From an uncultured Chthoniobacter sp. (GTDB lineage Bacteria > Verrucomicrobiota > Verrucomicrobiia > Chthoniobacterales > Chthoniobacteraceae): a DNA stretch of 61,538 nt. The first letter of the stretch is position 1, and every line of letters begins with the position of its first letter. Location: the NCBI GenBank assembly GCA_964415705.1, contig CAYQBV010000001.1:1-61538 (forward strand). The letters are read 5' to 3'. The position numbers and the translations under genes are program-made. The notes below the pieces were generated by a model. That model was not told where the DNA came from. It searched no databases and saw nothing but the letters and a program-made list of their open reading frames with translations. Of this stretch, positions 60,941 to 61,538 are shown piece by piece.

Positions 60941-60970
60941 CTTGTAGCGTGTGAGTTAGTGGCTTGTCAA
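60941..60970 (-). promoter_or_regulatory. sigma70-type promoter of the recombination genes
   Basis: TTGACA-18 nt-TACAAG, preceded by two RCGACA hexamers (60975-60980 and 60990-60995). Confidence 0.55.
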
Positions 60971-61014
60971 CGCCTGTCGTAAAAGTTTCTGTCGCTTGCC
61001 GCCGCCGCTCGCGT

Positions 61015-61538
61015 TCAAGCCGTCGTCGCCACGTTGAACAGCGGCGCATCGCCACGGATCCGCGCCTCTGCCAGCGCCGCATACTCCGGGTTCAATTCGC
61101 AGCCGACGAACGCTCGCCCGCGTGCCAGTGCGACGACGCCGACCGTGCCGCTGCCGGCGAACGGGTCCAGGATCGTGTCGCCAGGCCGCGAGCCGGCGAG
61201 GATGCACGGCTCGACCAGTGCCTCCGGCATCGTGGCGAAGTGCGCGCCGTCGTAAGGCTGCGTGGCGATGGTCCAGACGTCGCGGCGGTTGCGGGTGTCC
61301 GTCACGGTCACGCTGGCGGCAGTGCCGTTCCCGCTGGCGGCAACTCGAGCGCCGTTTGCCTGACCCTTCGACAGCGACTTGTCGCCCAACACCACGACCT
61401 TTCCAGCGTGAATCGACCGCTCCGCAATCGCAGCCGCGTCGAAATAGTAGCTCGAGCTGGGGGACAACAGGAACAGGTACTCATGCGCCTTCGTGCAGCG
61501 GTCGGTCACGCTTTCCGGCATCGGGTTCGGCTTGTGCC
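61015..61538 (-). CDS. N4-cytosine/N6-adenine DNA methyltransferase, C-terminal part (joins 505-1)
   Basis: HEYLFLL, NRRDVW, HFATMP..LVEPCILAGS, ILDPFAGSGT, GCELNPEY. Confidence 0.93.
   Translation of the reverse strand, partial: HKPNPMPESVTDRCTKAHEYLFLLSPSSSYYFDAAAIAERSIHAGKVVVLGDKSLSKGQANGARVAASGNGTAASVTVTDTRNRRDVWTIATQPYDGAHFATMPEALVEPCILAGSRPGDTILDPFAGSGTVGVVALARGRAFVGCELNPEYAALAEARIRGDAPLFNVATTA
61485..61538 (+). repeat. Terminal direct repeat, copy 2
   Basis: Identical to bases 1-54. Confidence 0.97.

Overview
The window is one complete, circularly assembled dsDNA tailed-phage genome. It is 61,484 bp unique (bases 1-54 repeat exactly at 61485-61538) and very GC-rich. A leftward arm of small accessory genes starts at about 9.3 kb, crosses the contig junction and ends near 51 kb. 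It carries three DNA methyltransferase-like genes, a 2OG-Fe(II) oxygenase-like gene, an LPD29-like protein, YqaJ/RecT/RuvC-like recombination genes, HTH regulators and an HNH nuclease. A 1.7 kb non-coding divergence region (9.3-11.0 kb) holds a sigma54-type promoter with tandem upstream repeats and an iteron-rich origin. The rightward arm encodes a VirE/VapE-type helicase, RepB-type primase, SF2 helicase, VRR-NUC nuclease, virion accessory proteins, an opposite-strand HTH plus serine recombinase cassette, terminase, scaffold, capsid, portal, podovirus-like tail and ejection proteins, and a lysis cluster with lipoproteins (suggesting a diderm host). The most unusual signals are non-coding. (i) A recurring GC stem with an NCGACA loop sits 14-16 nt before the start codon of five early genes. 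(ii) Two 51-60 nt tRNA-like elements have an acceptor stem, T-arm and G-CCA end but no canonical D or anticodon arms; one is fused directly to a pseudoknotted RNA. (iii) An antisense-like, RBS-occluding leader precedes the replication helicase. (iv) Two putative late promoters overlap RBS-sequestering stems. All product calls come from motifs read by eye and all RNA structures from manual pairing; no searches or folding programs were run.
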